Source: a gamma proteobacterium endosymbiont of Lamellibrachia anaximandri (GTDB lineage: Bacteria > Pseudomonadota > Gammaproteobacteria > Chromatiales > Chromatiaceae). Taken from it: a DNA stretch of 64,000 nt. A program made the translations under genes and the position numbers. The notes beneath the pieces are model-generated. The model did not search any database. It saw nothing but the letters and a program-made list of their open reading frames with translations, and was not told the DNA's origin. This document shows, piece after piece, positions 30,140-39,896 of the stretch. Where the stretch lies: assembly GCA_016756835.1 (NCBI GenBank), contig JAESPE010000001.1:16732-80731 (forward strand), read 5' to 3'. The stretch's first letter is position 1; each line of letters begins with the position of its first letter.

Positions 30140-31108
30140 ATGCTGATCGACTCACTTGCCATTCTCGTTGGACTTGCCATCCTGGTTTGGGGCGCCAATC
30201 GCTTTGTCACCGGCGCCGCCGCCCTGGCCAGCAACCTGGGTGTTTCAGCGATGCTGATCGGACTCACCATTGTCGGCTTCGGCACATCCGCACCGGAGAT
30301 ACTGGTCTCGGTCGTCTCCTCGCTTGATGGCAATCCCGGCCTCGCAATCGGTAACGCACTGGGTTCGAATATCGCCAACATCGGCCTGATCCTTGGCACT
30401 ACCGCGCTTATCGTTCCTCTGACGGTCCACTCCAGTGTATTAAAGAGGGAGTACCCCCTGCTGCTCGGCGTGACCGGCCTCAGCCTGCTACTCATGCTGG
30501 ACGGAGAACTGAACCAGCTTGACGGCACGATCCTGATTGTCGTCCTGGTCGCCGTGCTCGGCTGGATGATCCGCGTCGCTAAAACCGGCTCTCCAACCGA
30601 CCCGATAGCAGACGAGTTCGATGCCGAAATCCCTCACGACATGCCCACCCCTCAAGCGATCTTCTGGCTGATACTCGGGCTTATCTGCCTGCTGATAAGT
30701 TCGCGCATGCTGGTCTGGGGGGCAGTCAATATCGCCACCACTTTCGGCATCAGCGATCTGGTTATCGGCCTGACCATCGTCGCCCTGGGCACCAGCCTGC
30801 CCGAACTGGCGGCAAGCATTGCCAGCGCCCTCAAGGGGGAGGACGATCTTGCCATCGGCAATATCATCGGTTCCAACCTATATAATCTGTTGGCGGTCCT
30901 GAGCCTGCCGGGACTGATTGCACCGGGAGTCTTTTCCGAAGCCGCACTCTACCGGGACCAACCCATGATGATCGGGCTGACCCTTGCCCTCTTTGCCATG
31001 GGCTATGGCTTTGGGAAACTAAAGGGGCAGATCAACCGCATTGAAGGTTTTTTGCTGCTGCTCGCTTTTATCGGCTACCAGACACTGCTGTTTTTTACGT
31101 TAAGCTAA
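30140..31108 (+). CDS. yrbG: Calcium/sodium antiporter (YrbG family)
   Basis: 322 aa, ~10 TM. Duplicated alpha-repeat motifs GTSAPE and GTSLPEL. Synteny with kdsD. Confidence 0.88.
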   Translation: MLIDSLAILVGLAILVWGANRFVTGAAALASNLGVSAMLIGLTIVGFGTSAPEILVSVVSSLDGNPGLAIGNALGSNIANIGLILGTTALIVPLTVHSSVLKREYPLLLGVTGLSLLLMLDGELNQLDGTILIVVLVAVLGWMIRVAKTGSPTDPIADEFDAEIPHDMPTPQAIFWLILGLICLLISSRMLVWGAVNIATTFGISDLVIGLTIVALGTSLPELAASIASALKGEDDLAIGNIIGSNLYNLLAVLSLPGLIAPGVFSEAALYRDQPMMIGLTLALFAMGYGFGKLKGQINRIEGFLLLLAFIGYQTLLFFTLS

Positions 31109-31133
31109 GCCAATCACCCATTGAGGGGAATCA

Positions 31134-32132
31134 ATGAGACAAGGCAAACCGATCACCCCGGAAGAGGCCGGTAGACTCCGAAGCCTGGGACTGGCAGTGA
31201 TCGAAACCGAAGCTGCCGCCATCTCATCGCTGGCGGCACGCATCGACGACGATTTCGCCCGCGCCTGCAGCTATATGCTCGAGTGTCCCGGCCGCATAGT
31301 GGTAATCGGCATGGGAAAATCAGGACACATCGGCAGCAAGATCGCCGCCACCCTCGCCAGCACCGGCAGCCCCGCTTTTTTCGTCCATCCCGGTGAAGCC
31401 AGCCATGGCGATCTCGGTATGATCACCAGCGGCGATGTGGTGCTTGCACTCTCGAATTCAGGGGAGACCGGCGAACTGCTGACCATCCTGCCATTGATAA
31501 AACGCCTCGGCGTGCCGCTCATCAGCATGACCGGCAACCCAAGATCCACACTGGCGTGCGAAGCGGAAGTCAGCATCGATGTCAGCGTGGAGAAAGAGGC
31601 CTGTCCGCTGGGTCTCGCCCCCACCTCCAGTACAACCGCTGCACTGGTAATGGGTGACGCCATGGCGATCGCCCTGCTTGAGACGCGGGGTTTCACCGCC
31701 GAGGACTTCGCCCTCTCCCATCCCGGCGGCAGTCTAGGACGGCGTCTGCTGCTGCATATCGGTGATATCATGCACACCGGGGATGCGATTCCAAAGATCT
31801 CCGCCGATGCCAGCCTGAACGCAGCACTGATCGAGATGTCTTCCAAAAGCCTCGGCATGACCGCAGTCGTCGACGGGCAGGGAGATTTGGCAGGAATCTA
31901 TACCGACGGGGATCTGCGCCGCACCCTCGACCACAAAGTGAACATTCACGAAGCAGGTGTGTCGGAGGTGATGACCGTGAACTGTAAAACGGTGGTGCCG
32001 GAGATGCTCGCTGCCGAAGCTCTGCAGTTGATGGAAGAGAACAAGATCAGCGGCCTGCTGGTGGTAAACGGACGAGGTGAACTGGTCGGCGCATTCAACA
32101 TGCACGACCTGCTGCGCGCAGGCGTTATGTAA
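31134..32132 (+). CDS. kdsD: Arabinose-5-phosphate isomerase (KpsF/GutQ family; SIS + 2 CBS)
   Basis: VVIGMGKSGHIGSKIAATLASTGSPAFFVHPGEASHGDLG. Confidence 0.92.
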   Translation: MRQGKPITPEEAGRLRSLGLAVIETEAAAISSLAARIDDDFARACSYMLECPGRIVVIGMGKSGHIGSKIAATLASTGSPAFFVHPGEASHGDLGMITSGDVVLALSNSGETGELLTILPLIKRLGVPLISMTGNPRSTLACEAEVSIDVSVEKEACPLGLAPTSSTTAALVMGDAMAIALLETRGFTAEDFALSHPGGSLGRRLLLHIGDIMHTGDAIPKISADASLNAALIEMSSKSLGMTAVVDGQGDLAGIYTDGDLRRTLDHKVNIHEAGVSEVMTVNCKTVVPEMLAAEALQLMEENKISGLLVVNGRGELVGAFNMHDLLRAGVM

Positions 32133-32136
32133 AGGC

Positions 32137-32208
32137 AGGGTCAAGGGTAAGTTGTACCTCTTTTCCCTTCCTCGGCCCTTGGCCCTTGGCCCTAAAAATC
32201 TTGGCCCT
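32137..32208. repeat. GGCCC-type heptamer element in the kdsD-kdsC spacer (mini copy 3)
   Basis: AGGGTCA AGGGTAA (32137-32150) faces CCTCGGC CCTTGGC CCTTGGC CCT (32170-32193) and CTTGGCCCT (32200-32208). Confidence 0.6.
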
Positions 32209-32228
32209 AATAAAATCGGAGAGAGAAA

Positions 32229-32750
32229 GTGCAGGACATCCAGGAAAAGGCTCGCAACATCAAGCTGGTCATATTCGATGTCGACGGTGTGCTCACCGAC
32301 GGCAGTCTGTTCCTCGGCGATGACGGGCAGGAGTACAAGGCGTTCAACTCCCGGGATGGCCACGGTATGAAGATGCTGCAGGCCAGCGGTGTAGAGATCG
32401 GCATCATCACCGGCCGCTCCTCGGAAGTTGTGCGCATCCGCATGGAGAGCCTGGGGATCAAACACGTCCACCAGGGCAAGCTGGATAAACTGCCCACCTA
32501 TCTCCAGTTGCGGGATCAGCTCGGCCTGAGAGACGAAGAGGTCGCCTACGTGGGGGACGACGTGGTCGATCTACCCATCATGCGTCGCGTCGGTCTCGCC
32601 ATTGCGGTCAATGACGCCCACCCCTTCGTGCTTCAGCATGCCCACTGGCAAACCCCGCATGCGGGGGGCCGCAGCGCCGGGCGGGATGTCTGCGAACTAC
32701 TGATGGACGCCCAGGGCAATCTTCAGTCAGCGCTGGAAAGCTACCTTTAA
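32229..32750 (+). CDS. kdsC: 3-deoxy-D-manno-octulosonate 8-phosphate phosphatase
   Basis: GTG start. HAD motif IKLVIFDVDGVLTDG, and GDDVVDLP. Confidence 0.9.
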   Translation: MQDIQEKARNIKLVIFDVDGVLTDGSLFLGDDGQEYKAFNSRDGHGMKMLQASGVEIGIITGRSSEVVRIRMESLGIKHVHQGKLDKLPTYLQLRDQLGLRDEEVAYVGDDVVDLPIMRRVGLAIAVNDAHPFVLQHAHWQTPHAGGRSAGRDVCELLMDAQGNLQSALESYL

Positions 32751-32762
32751 GCCGTTACGCTG

Positions 32763-33326
32763 GTGAATCGTCATACGCTCTCCATCGTCCTGTTCACTGC
32801 CGCCATCGCGGGACTGAGTTGGTGGCTGGCCGAGATAACGGAACCGAAACAGCAGCGCCAGCAGGTCGCGGGACACCACCCCGACTACTACGCCGAAGAT
32901 CTCACGATCACCACCTACGGTGAGACAGGCAGCCCAAAACACCGCCTGGTAACGGAGCACCTGGTCCACTTCAGGGACGATGACAGCGCGGAATTGGAAC
33001 ATCCGCACCTGTGGATGTTCGATCCAGCCGCCCCGCCCTGGAAGCTGCGCGCCGAGCGGGCTCGTATCACCAACAATGGCGAAGACATCTTCCTTCCCGG
33101 CAAGGTAACCATTGACCGGGAGGAGCAGGGGAAAAACCGCCCCTATCACATCATCACCTTCGACCTGAAGGTACAACCCAAACTCTCCTACGCCGAAACC
33201 GATGGCGCATTCCGTCTCGACAGCCGCCGGGACTGGGTCACCTCCATCGGCATGCGGGGCTGGTTCAAAGAACCCGCCAGAATCAAACTACTATCCGAGG
33301 TACGAAGCCGTTATGAAACCCAATAA
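32763..33326 (+). CDS. lptC: LPS export system protein LptC
   Basis: 187 aa with a single N-terminal TM. Position between kdsC and lptA. GTG start. Confidence 0.82.
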   Translation: MNRHTLSIVLFTAAIAGLSWWLAEITEPKQQRQQVAGHHPDYYAEDLTITTYGETGSPKHRLVTEHLVHFRDDDSAELEHPHLWMFDPAAPPWKLRAERARITNNGEDIFLPGKVTIDREEQGKNRPYHIITFDLKVQPKLSYAETDGAFRLDSRRDWVTSIGMRGWFKEPARIKLLSEVRSRYETQ

Positions 33327-33822
33327 CCGGCTCTTGAGTCTGCTGCTCGCTCTCTCCCTGTCCATGCCGGCCATCAGCCTCGCACTCAGTACCGATAAAG
33401 ATCAGCCGATGTATCTGGAGGCAGACAGCGTGGACATCGATGACGCCAAAGGCGTCAGCATCTACGAGGGCAACGTGGTCATCACCCAGGGCAGCACCAA
33501 ACTGTGGGCCGACAAGATATGGGTCTATCGTGTTGCTGGCGAAACAGAAAAGGTCTTCGCCATCGGCAAGCCGGTGCGCTTTCAGCAGCGCATGGACGAC
33601 AGCGACGAGACGGCTCACGGACAGGCGCTACGGGCCGAATACTATGCCAAAAAAGATGAGATCTACCTGATCGGAGAGGCGCTGCTGGAACAGGGCAAGG
33701 ATCAGTTTCGCAGCGACCGCATCACCTATCTGCGCGGAAAATCCCAGGTCAAGGCAGGCGCCAGCGCCGATGGCAAAAAGCGGGTCCGGGTGGTCATAGA
33801 ACCCAAAAAAGGGAAACCATGA
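33313..33822 (+). CDS. lptA: LPS transport periplasmic protein LptA
   Basis: Signal peptide [39 protein letters not shown] and GNVVITQGS (OstA-like). Confidence 0.88.
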   Translation: MKPNNRLLSLLLALSLSMPAISLALSTDKDQPMYLEADSVDIDDAKGVSIYEGNVVITQGSTKLWADKIWVYRVAGETEKVFAIGKPVRFQQRMDDSDETAHGQALRAEYYAKKDEIYLIGEALLEQGKDQFRSDRITYLRGKSQVKAGASADGKKRVRVVIEPKKGKP

Positions 33823-34544
33823 CCCAGTTGCTCGCCACCAACCTGGAGAAGCAGTATCGCGGCCGCAAGGTGGTTGACCGGATTTCTCTGGAGGTCGACA
33901 AGGGTGAGGTGGTCGGGCTGCTCGGTCCCAACGGGGCAGGCAAGACCACCAGTTTTTATATGATCGTGGGTCTGATCCCGGCGGACGACGGTAGCGTCAT
34001 GGTAGACGGACGTGAGGTCACCGACCTGCCGATGCACAGCCGCGCCCGGCTCGGCATCGGCTATCTCGCCCAGGAGCCCTCGATCTTTCGGCGGCTCTCT
34101 GTGGAAAACAACATTCTGGCCATCCTGGAGACCCGCAAATCGCTGAAAAAAGCGGAACGCCAGGAGATCTGCGACAGACTGCTCGATGAGTTCGGTATCG
34201 CCCATCTGCGGGATAATATGGCCATGAGCCTCTCCGGCGGCGAACGACGGAGACTGGAGATCGCCCGGGCACTCTCCATCGAACCCCGCTTCGTGCTGCT
34301 GGACGAACCCTTCGCCGGGGTTGATCCCATCGCGGTGCTGGAGATCAAAAAGATCATTCTGCACCTGAAAGAGCGTGGCATCGGAGTGCTGATCACCGAC
34401 CATAATGTGCGGGAAACCCTCGACATCTGCGATCGCGCCTACATCATAAACGCAGGCAGCGTGCTGGCAGAAGGGACGCCGCAGGATCTTCTGGTAAACC
34501 CTGAAGTTCGCTCTGTCTACCTGGGAGAACATTTTTCCATGTAA
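33819..34544 (+). CDS. lptB: LPS export ABC transporter ATP-binding protein LptB
   Basis: Walker [10 protein letters not shown], signature LSGGERRR, and Walker B FVLLDEP. Confidence 0.95.
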   Translation: MTQLLATNLEKQYRGRKVVDRISLEVDKGEVVGLLGPNGAGKTTSFYMIVGLIPADDGSVMVDGREVTDLPMHSRARLGIGYLAQEPSIFRRLSVENNILAILETRKSLKKAERQEICDRLLDEFGIAHLRDNMAMSLSGGERRRLEIARALSIEPRFVLLDEPFAGVDPIAVLEIKKIILHLKERGIGVLITDHNVRETLDICDRAYIINAGSVLAEGTPQDLLVNPEVRSVYLGEHFSM

Positions 34545-34755
34545 GAAGGGAGCGATTTTCCCACAAATTTCAAGCGGTTACTCGTCTCGATTCAGATATC
34601 ACGCCAGCTGCCGATAAGTTCAATAACGATTTCATGATCCAGAACAACTGAAAGTTGTGATAAAGTTTTCCGCATCTTCCATTTTTGGCTAGAATGAAAT
34701 TAGAAAATCCATACAAATAACGTACCAGGTTTTTGGGGCCTATTAACATCTGCAG

Positions 34756-36237
34756 ATGAAGCAAACCCTTCAGCTCCGACTCGGACAGCACCTCACAATG
34801 ACGCCACAGCTGCAACAGGCTATTCGCCTGTTACAGTTGTCCACGCTCGACCTCTCCCAAGAGGTACAGGAGGCCCTTGAGACAAATCCGCTTCTGGAGA
34901 CGGAAGAGGAGTTTGAGCAGTTCAGCCAGAATAGTGACGAAACGGCGCAGAAACCTGAAAAACAGGAATCCACCGCCGAACAGCTCAACGACACAAACAA
35001 CGAACGTGAGGTTCAGACAGAATCCCCGGAGATGCCGGAAGAGCTGCCCGTGGACAGCGAATGGACCGATGTCTACGATAGCTATACGCCACCCACCAAC
35101 AACAGCTCTGCCGAGAGCATGGACAGCGATTTCCTGGCCCAGCGAGGGCAGGCACAAACACTGCAGGATCATCTGCTCTGGCAGTTGAACCTCACCCCCT
35201 TCTGTCCTACCGATCGCGTCATCGCCACCATGATCATCGATGGCGTCAATGAAGACGGCTATCTCACCACCAGCCCTGAAGAGATCCTCGATGCACTGGA
35301 GGACGAGGAGATGACTCTGGAGGATGTGGAAGCGGTACTCCATCGAATTCAGGCATTCGATCCCCCCGGCGTGGCCGCACAGGATCCCCGTGAGTGCCTG
35401 CTGATTCAGCTGCGGCAACTGCCTGAAGATACGCCATACCGGCAACCGACCATCCGCCTCTGCGAGGACTTCTTCAAACTGCTCGCCGCTCAGGACCAGG
35501 CTCAGATCAAACGCCGCATGAAGGTTACGGACGACGAACTCAGCAGCATGACCCAACTGATTCGTACCCTGCATCCCCACCCCGGCAGCCTGATCGCAGA
35601 GTCGGAACCTCAATATGTCATTCCCGACGTCTTTGTCAGCCGGCACAATGGCACCTGGCGCGTGGAACTAAACCCGGAAGCTGCCCCCCGTCTGCGGGTC
35701 AATACAGACTATGCCAAGCTGATCCGCCGCGCCGACTCGGGTAAAGACAACACTTTCCTGAAAAACCACCTGCAGGAGGCCCGCTGGTTCATCAAGAGCC
35801 TGCTGAGCCGCAACGACACTATCCTGCGGGTTGCCTCCAGAATCGTCGAAGTCCAACAGGGCTACTTCGAACACGGCGCCGAGGCGATGAAACCCCTGGT
35901 GCTGCGAGATATCGCCGAGGCGCTGGAGATGCATGAGTCGACTATTTCACGGGTCACCACGCAGAAATATATGCACACGCCCCGCGGCACCCTGGAGTTT
36001 AAATACTTCTTCTCCAGCCATGTCAGCACCAGCGCCGGCGGCGAGTGCTCAGCCACTGCAATCCGCGCTTTGATCAAAAAACTGATTGCCGCCGAAAAGC
36101 CGTCAAAGCCGCTCAGCGACAACAAAATCGCCACTATACTGTCAGAACAGGGCATCAATGTTGCCCGCAGGACAGTGGCCAAATACCGCGAGTCGATGAC
36201 GATTCCGCCATCGAACGAGCGTAAACGCCTGGTATGA
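34756..36237 (+). CDS. rpoN: RNA polymerase sigma-54 factor
   Basis: [33 protein letters not shown], and the RpoN box [10 protein letters not shown]. Confidence 0.96.
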   Translation: MKQTLQLRLGQHLTMTPQLQQAIRLLQLSTLDLSQEVQEALETNPLLETEEEFEQFSQNSDETAQKPEKQESTAEQLNDTNNEREVQTESPEMPEELPVDSEWTDVYDSYTPPTNNSSAESMDSDFLAQRGQAQTLQDHLLWQLNLTPFCPTDRVIATMIIDGVNEDGYLTTSPEEILDALEDEEMTLEDVEAVLHRIQAFDPPGVAAQDPRECLLIQLRQLPEDTPYRQPTIRLCEDFFKLLAAQDQAQIKRRMKVTDDELSSMTQLIRTLHPHPGSLIAESEPQYVIPDVFVSRHNGTWRVELNPEAAPRLRVNTDYAKLIRRADSGKDNTFLKNHLQEARWFIKSLLSRNDTILRVASRIVEVQQGYFEHGAEAMKPLVLRDIAEALEMHESTISRVTTQKYMHTPRGTLEFKYFFSSHVSTSAGGECSATAIRALIKKLIAAEKPSKPLSDNKIATILSEQGINVARRTVAKYRESMTIPPSNERKRLV

Positions 36238-36283
36238 ATACAGGCAGAATGATGGAAATTCCCATCGGAAACAGGAGTTAACT

Positions 36284-36610
36284 ATGCAAATTAGCCTGAC
36301 CGGTCATCACATCGATATTACTGACTCTCTGAAAGACTACGTCGATAGCAAGCTCGTAAAACTTGAACGTCACTTCGACAACGTCACCAACGTGCATGTC
36401 ATCCTCAGTGTGGAGAAACTGCGTCAGAAGGCGGAGGCGACACTGCACATCAACGGCGCGCATGTTTTTGCAGACTCCGTACAGGAGGATATGTATGCAG
36501 CCATCGATTCCTTGATCGACAAACTCGACCGCCAGGTAATCAAACACAAGGAGAAAATGAAAAATCATCGTGGCAGTGGCGTGGATCTCAAATACGCTAC
36601 CGAAGAATAG
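36284..36610 (+). CDS. hpf: Ribosome hibernation promoting factor
   Basis: 108 aa. MQISLTGHHIDITDSLKDYV. Confidence 0.92.
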   Translation: MQISLTGHHIDITDSLKDYVDSKLVKLERHFDNVTNVHVILSVEKLRQKAEATLHINGAHVFADSVQEDMYAAIDSLIDKLDRQVIKHKEKMKNHRGSGVDLKYATEE

Positions 36611-36628
36611 ACGCGAAGCGAGGTCTGC

Positions 36629-37099
36629 ATGTTTCCCGACGGCTTTATTGTTGAGGAACGCATCGGTTGTCAGATCGAAGCCGGCAGCAAGAAGAGAGTG
36701 CTGGAAGAACTCGGCCAACGCCTGGCCGGGGAGATTCCAGCGCTGACTCAGGACATGGTCTTCGACAGCCTGCTGCAGCGTGAACGTTTGGGCAGTACCG
36801 GGTTGGGCCGGGGCATCGCCCTGCCACACGCCCGCATGCCGCAGGTAAAAAACGCTATCGGCGCTTTCATCCAGCTCCAGCGGGGAGCCGATTTCGACGC
36901 CGTGGACGGGCGACCAGTCGACTTGGCCTTTGCCATGCTGGTGCCGGAAGAGGCGACTGAAGTGCACCTGCAGCTTCTGGCCAAATTGGCTGCCATGTTC
37001 AGCGACGCCGGTTTCTGCGACAAACTGCGACAGACCAAAACGGCAGCAGATGCTTTCGAACTCATCCGTCTGCGGGATGGCGCCAACACCGGTCAATGA
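36629..37099 (+). CDS. ptsN: PTS IIA-like nitrogen regulatory protein
   Basis: The phospho-His context GIALPHARM. Position after hpf. Confidence 0.9.
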   Translation: MFPDGFIVEERIGCQIEAGSKKRVLEELGQRLAGEIPALTQDMVFDSLLQRERLGSTGLGRGIALPHARMPQVKNAIGAFIQLQRGADFDAVDGRPVDLAFAMLVPEEATEVHLQLLAKLAAMFSDAGFCDKLRQTKTAADAFELIRLRDGANTGQ

Positions 37100-38043
37100 A
37101 CCCACCCGTCTCTCTTTACGATCTGATCGGCCAGTACGGAAAAGAACTGGCCCTCAGCTGGTTCCGCGACCTGCAACCTGTTGATCGCCTGATTCACCCA
37201 ATGGATGAGCAGGATGATACCCAGCCCCCCGTGGGTCCGATGAACATGATCCGACCCAACCGGATACAGGTCATAGGCCCACAGGAGCAGCGGCACCTGC
37301 TGTCACTTGACGCAGCCCATCACCGAAAAAGCCTAAAACGACTATTCAGCGCCAATCCCGCAGCCATTATCTTTTCCAACGGCTGTGCCCCCAGTGACGA
37401 TTGCTTCCAACTCGCCACAAAAAACGCCATCCCTCTCCTGATCACGCCAACGGGAGACCGTGAGATCATCACGCGGCTGCAGCACCTGCTCAATCAACGC
37501 AAATCTGAAACCACACTGGTACATGGCGTCTTCCTGGAAGTACTGGGCAAGGGGGTCCTGCTTAGCGGCGATGCAGCAGTAGGTAAAAGTGAGCTGGCTC
37601 TGGCGCTGATCTCCAGGGGACATCGCCTGGTAGCTGACGATGCCACCGAAGTCACCCGCATCGACGACAAAACACTAAGCTGCAGCTGTCCTCCGGTATT
37701 GAAAGATTTTCTGGAGGTCCGGGGACTCGGCATCCTCAATATCCGCGCCATGTTCGGCAACTGCGCCGTCAAACCCCGAAAGAACCTGCATCTGATCATC
37801 GACCTGCAGTGTCTCGACGACGATGAGGTGGCGCAGATGGACAGACTCCAGGGGAGCCATTCATTGAAAAACCTGCTCGGCGTCGACATCCACCAGACAA
37901 TGCTGCCGGTGGCGGCAGGACGCAATCTGGCGATCATGGTGGAAACCGCGGTCAGACAACACCTGCTACGTATCGATGGTTACAATGCGGCTGAGGATTT
38001 TGCCCAGCGGCAACGCCGTTTCATCGATCAGCAACAGGATTAG
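37096..38043 (+). CDS. hprK: HPr kinase/phosphorylase
   Basis: 315 aa. LVHGVFLEVLGKGVLLSGDAAVGKSELALAL (P-loop) and LEVRGLGILNI. Confidence 0.9.
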   Translation: MNPPVSLYDLIGQYGKELALSWFRDLQPVDRLIHPMDEQDDTQPPVGPMNMIRPNRIQVIGPQEQRHLLSLDAAHHRKSLKRLFSANPAAIIFSNGCAPSDDCFQLATKNAIPLLITPTGDREIITRLQHLLNQRKSETTLVHGVFLEVLGKGVLLSGDAAVGKSELALALISRGHRLVADDATEVTRIDDKTLSCSCPPVLKDFLEVRGLGILNIRAMFGNCAVKPRKNLHLIIDLQCLDDDEVAQMDRLQGSHSLKNLLGVDIHQTMLPVAAGRNLAIMVETAVRQHLLRIDGYNAAEDFAQRQRRFIDQQQD

Positions 38044-38182
38044 CTCAAGTTCCAGTGCAAAATATCTGCTGCAGGATAGGCTTTTAATTTGTAATATGTC
38101 ACTCCAGTTTTTTATCTGGCGACAGATTGCGCTACCCTACCCATATTGCGGCCTCCAAAATAATACCAACGTGCAGTAAACC

Positions 38183-39049
38183 ATGACAGCTGGCACCAAA
38201 CTTCTCATCCTCACCGGACTCTCGGGTTCAGGAAAATCCATCGCCTTGCACACCCTGGAAGACCTGGGTTACTACTGCATCGACAACCTGCCGGTCTGCC
38301 TCTTCGAGGCTTTTTCCAAGCATCTTATCGAAGCACCGGAAGAGGCATTTCAATCCTCCGCTGTCGGCATAGACGCACGCAGCCAACCCGACAAACTGGG
38401 CAGACTGCCCAAGATGGTCGACAAGATGCGTGAGCAAGGCATCAACTGCGAGATGATTTTTCTTGAGGCGCAGAGCGACACCCTGATCAAACGCTTCAGT
38501 GAGACAAGGCGGAAACACCCGCTCTCAACTGCGGATATCTCCCTGGATGAGGCCATCAAGCGTGAACGGGTTCTGCTCGAACCCCTGATCAGCAACGCCG
38601 ACCTCTGTATAGACACCACCCACACCAATCTACATGAACTGCGGGATCTGATTCGTGGCCGGGTGAGCGGTGACAAACAACAGGTATCACTGCTGGTTGA
38701 GTCCTTCGGCTTCAAGCATGGCGTGCCACGTGATATCGACTTCGTCTTCGACGTGCGTTGCCTGCCCAACCCGCATTGGCAAGCAGAGCTGAGACCCTTC
38801 ACAGGCCTCGACGGGCCGGTAGCACAATTTCTGGAAAACAGCCAAGACACCAGACAGATGCGAGATGACCTGATCCGTTTTCTGGAGGAGTGGATACCCC
38901 GCTTCGAGGCGGACGGACGCAGTTATCTCACCATTGCCATCGGCTGCACCGGCGGGCAACATCGATCGGTTTTCATTACAGACCAGCTCTTTCGCCATTT
39001 CAAATCCCAGGGCCGCAAGATACTGAGCCGTCACCGGGAGCTGTCATGA
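38183..39049 (+). CDS. rapZ: RNase adapter protein RapZ
   Basis: LTGLSGSGKSIALHTLEDLGYYCIDNLP, and CTGGQHRSV at the C-terminus. Confidence 0.93.
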   Translation: MTAGTKLLILTGLSGSGKSIALHTLEDLGYYCIDNLPVCLFEAFSKHLIEAPEEAFQSSAVGIDARSQPDKLGRLPKMVDKMREQGINCEMIFLEAQSDTLIKRFSETRRKHPLSTADISLDEAIKRERVLLEPLISNADLCIDTTHTNLHELRDLIRGRVSGDKQQVSLLVESFGFKHGVPRDIDFVFDVRCLPNPHWQAELRPFTGLDGPVAQFLENSQDTRQMRDDLIRFLEEWIPRFEADGRSYLTIAIGCTGGQHRSVFITDQLFRHFKSQGRKILSRHRELS

Positions 39050-39447
39050 GTATCGGCCTGCTGATCATCACCCACAACCAGGTTGGACACACCCTGTTGC
39101 AGACAGCCGTCAATATGATGGGAGTCTGTCCACTCTCCACCGAGGCACTGGCAGTCACCACAGACTGCGATCCGGACGAATTGCGCACCACGACTCGGAG
39201 AATGATCGCTCAGCTGGATCAGGGAGATGGTGTGCTGGTACTCACCGACATGTTCGGCTCCACCCCGAGTAATATCGCCTACGACCTGCTGGATGAGGGA
39301 CGAATCAACGTGGTGGCAGGTATCAATCTGCCGATGCTGGTACGGGTACTGAACTATGCACCGCTCGACCTGAAAGAGCTCACCAACAAGGCGATCAGTG
39401 GCGGCAAGGACGGCATTGTCTGTTGCCGCATACCGGAAACGGCATAG
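39046..39447 (+). CDS. PTS mannose/fructose-family EIIA component (soluble, no EIIB/C/D nearby)
   Basis: MSIGLLIITHNQVGHTLL (phospho-His in ITH) and LTDMFGSTPSN. ATGA overlap with rapZ. Confidence 0.85.
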   Translation: MSIGLLIITHNQVGHTLLQTAVNMMGVCPLSTEALAVTTDCDPDELRTTTRRMIAQLDQGDGVLVLTDMFGSTPSNIAYDLLDEGRINVVAGINLPMLVRVLNYAPLDLKELTNKAISGGKDGIVCCRIPETA

Positions 39448-39508
39448 ATCCTGAATAGACATCACCATTCAGCTCGACTGTGAAGCTGGGTTTGTTACTG
39501 TTCCAGGC

Positions 39509-39599
39509 GTAGGCCCAATCAAGCGTAGCGGATCGGGCGATGCAGGCTTGATAGAACACAAATAACGTTGCCGGTTCCGCTACGTTTGAACCGGCCTAC
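39509..39599. repeat. REP doublet (unit B + at 39509-39538, unit A - at 39570-39599)
   Basis: GTAGGCCCAATCAAGCGTAGCGGATCGGGC and GCCGGTTCCGCTACGTTTGAACCGGCCTAC. Confidence 0.85.
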
Positions 39600-39626
39600 T
39601 TCAGTATTTTCGATAACTCACTGGCC

Positions 39627-39896
39627 ATGATCCTTAAAGAAGTTACCATCATCAACAAGCTGGGCCTGCACGCCAGGGCAGCCGCCAAATTGGTAAAATG
39701 CGCCAGCCGTTACGGCAGCGAGGTCCACCTGAAACGCAACGGTCAGCAGGTCAACGGCAAAAGCATCATGGGCGTCATGATGCTGGCGGCGAGTCAGGGC
39801 TCTACACTGAGTTTAACCATCTCAGGAGAGGATGAGAACGAAGCATTTGATGCCATCGAAGCGCTGATAAACAACCGTTTTGGAGAGGAGGAGTGA
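39627..39896 (+). CDS. ptsH: HPr-family phosphocarrier protein
   Basis: 89 aa. His-15 context GLHARAA and Ser-46 context GKSIMGVM are both present. Confidence 0.9.
   Translation: MILKEVTIINKLGLHARAAAKLVKCASRYGSEVHLKRNGQQVNGKSIMGVMMLAASQGSTLSLTISGEDENEAFDAIEALINNRFGEEE

Noticed and set aside
34570-34815. 81-aa ORF on the - strand in the lptB-rpoN spacer
   Set aside because: It overlaps the rpoN start codon region, has no ribosome-binding site, and has a non-protein-like composition.
34831-35646. 271-aa ORF antisense to rpoN
   Set aside because: It is a shadow ORF inside an unambiguous sigma-54 gene.
36278-37105. 275-aa ORF on the - strand spanning hpf and ptsN
   Set aside because: It is antisense to two conserved, syntenic genes and has no motifs.
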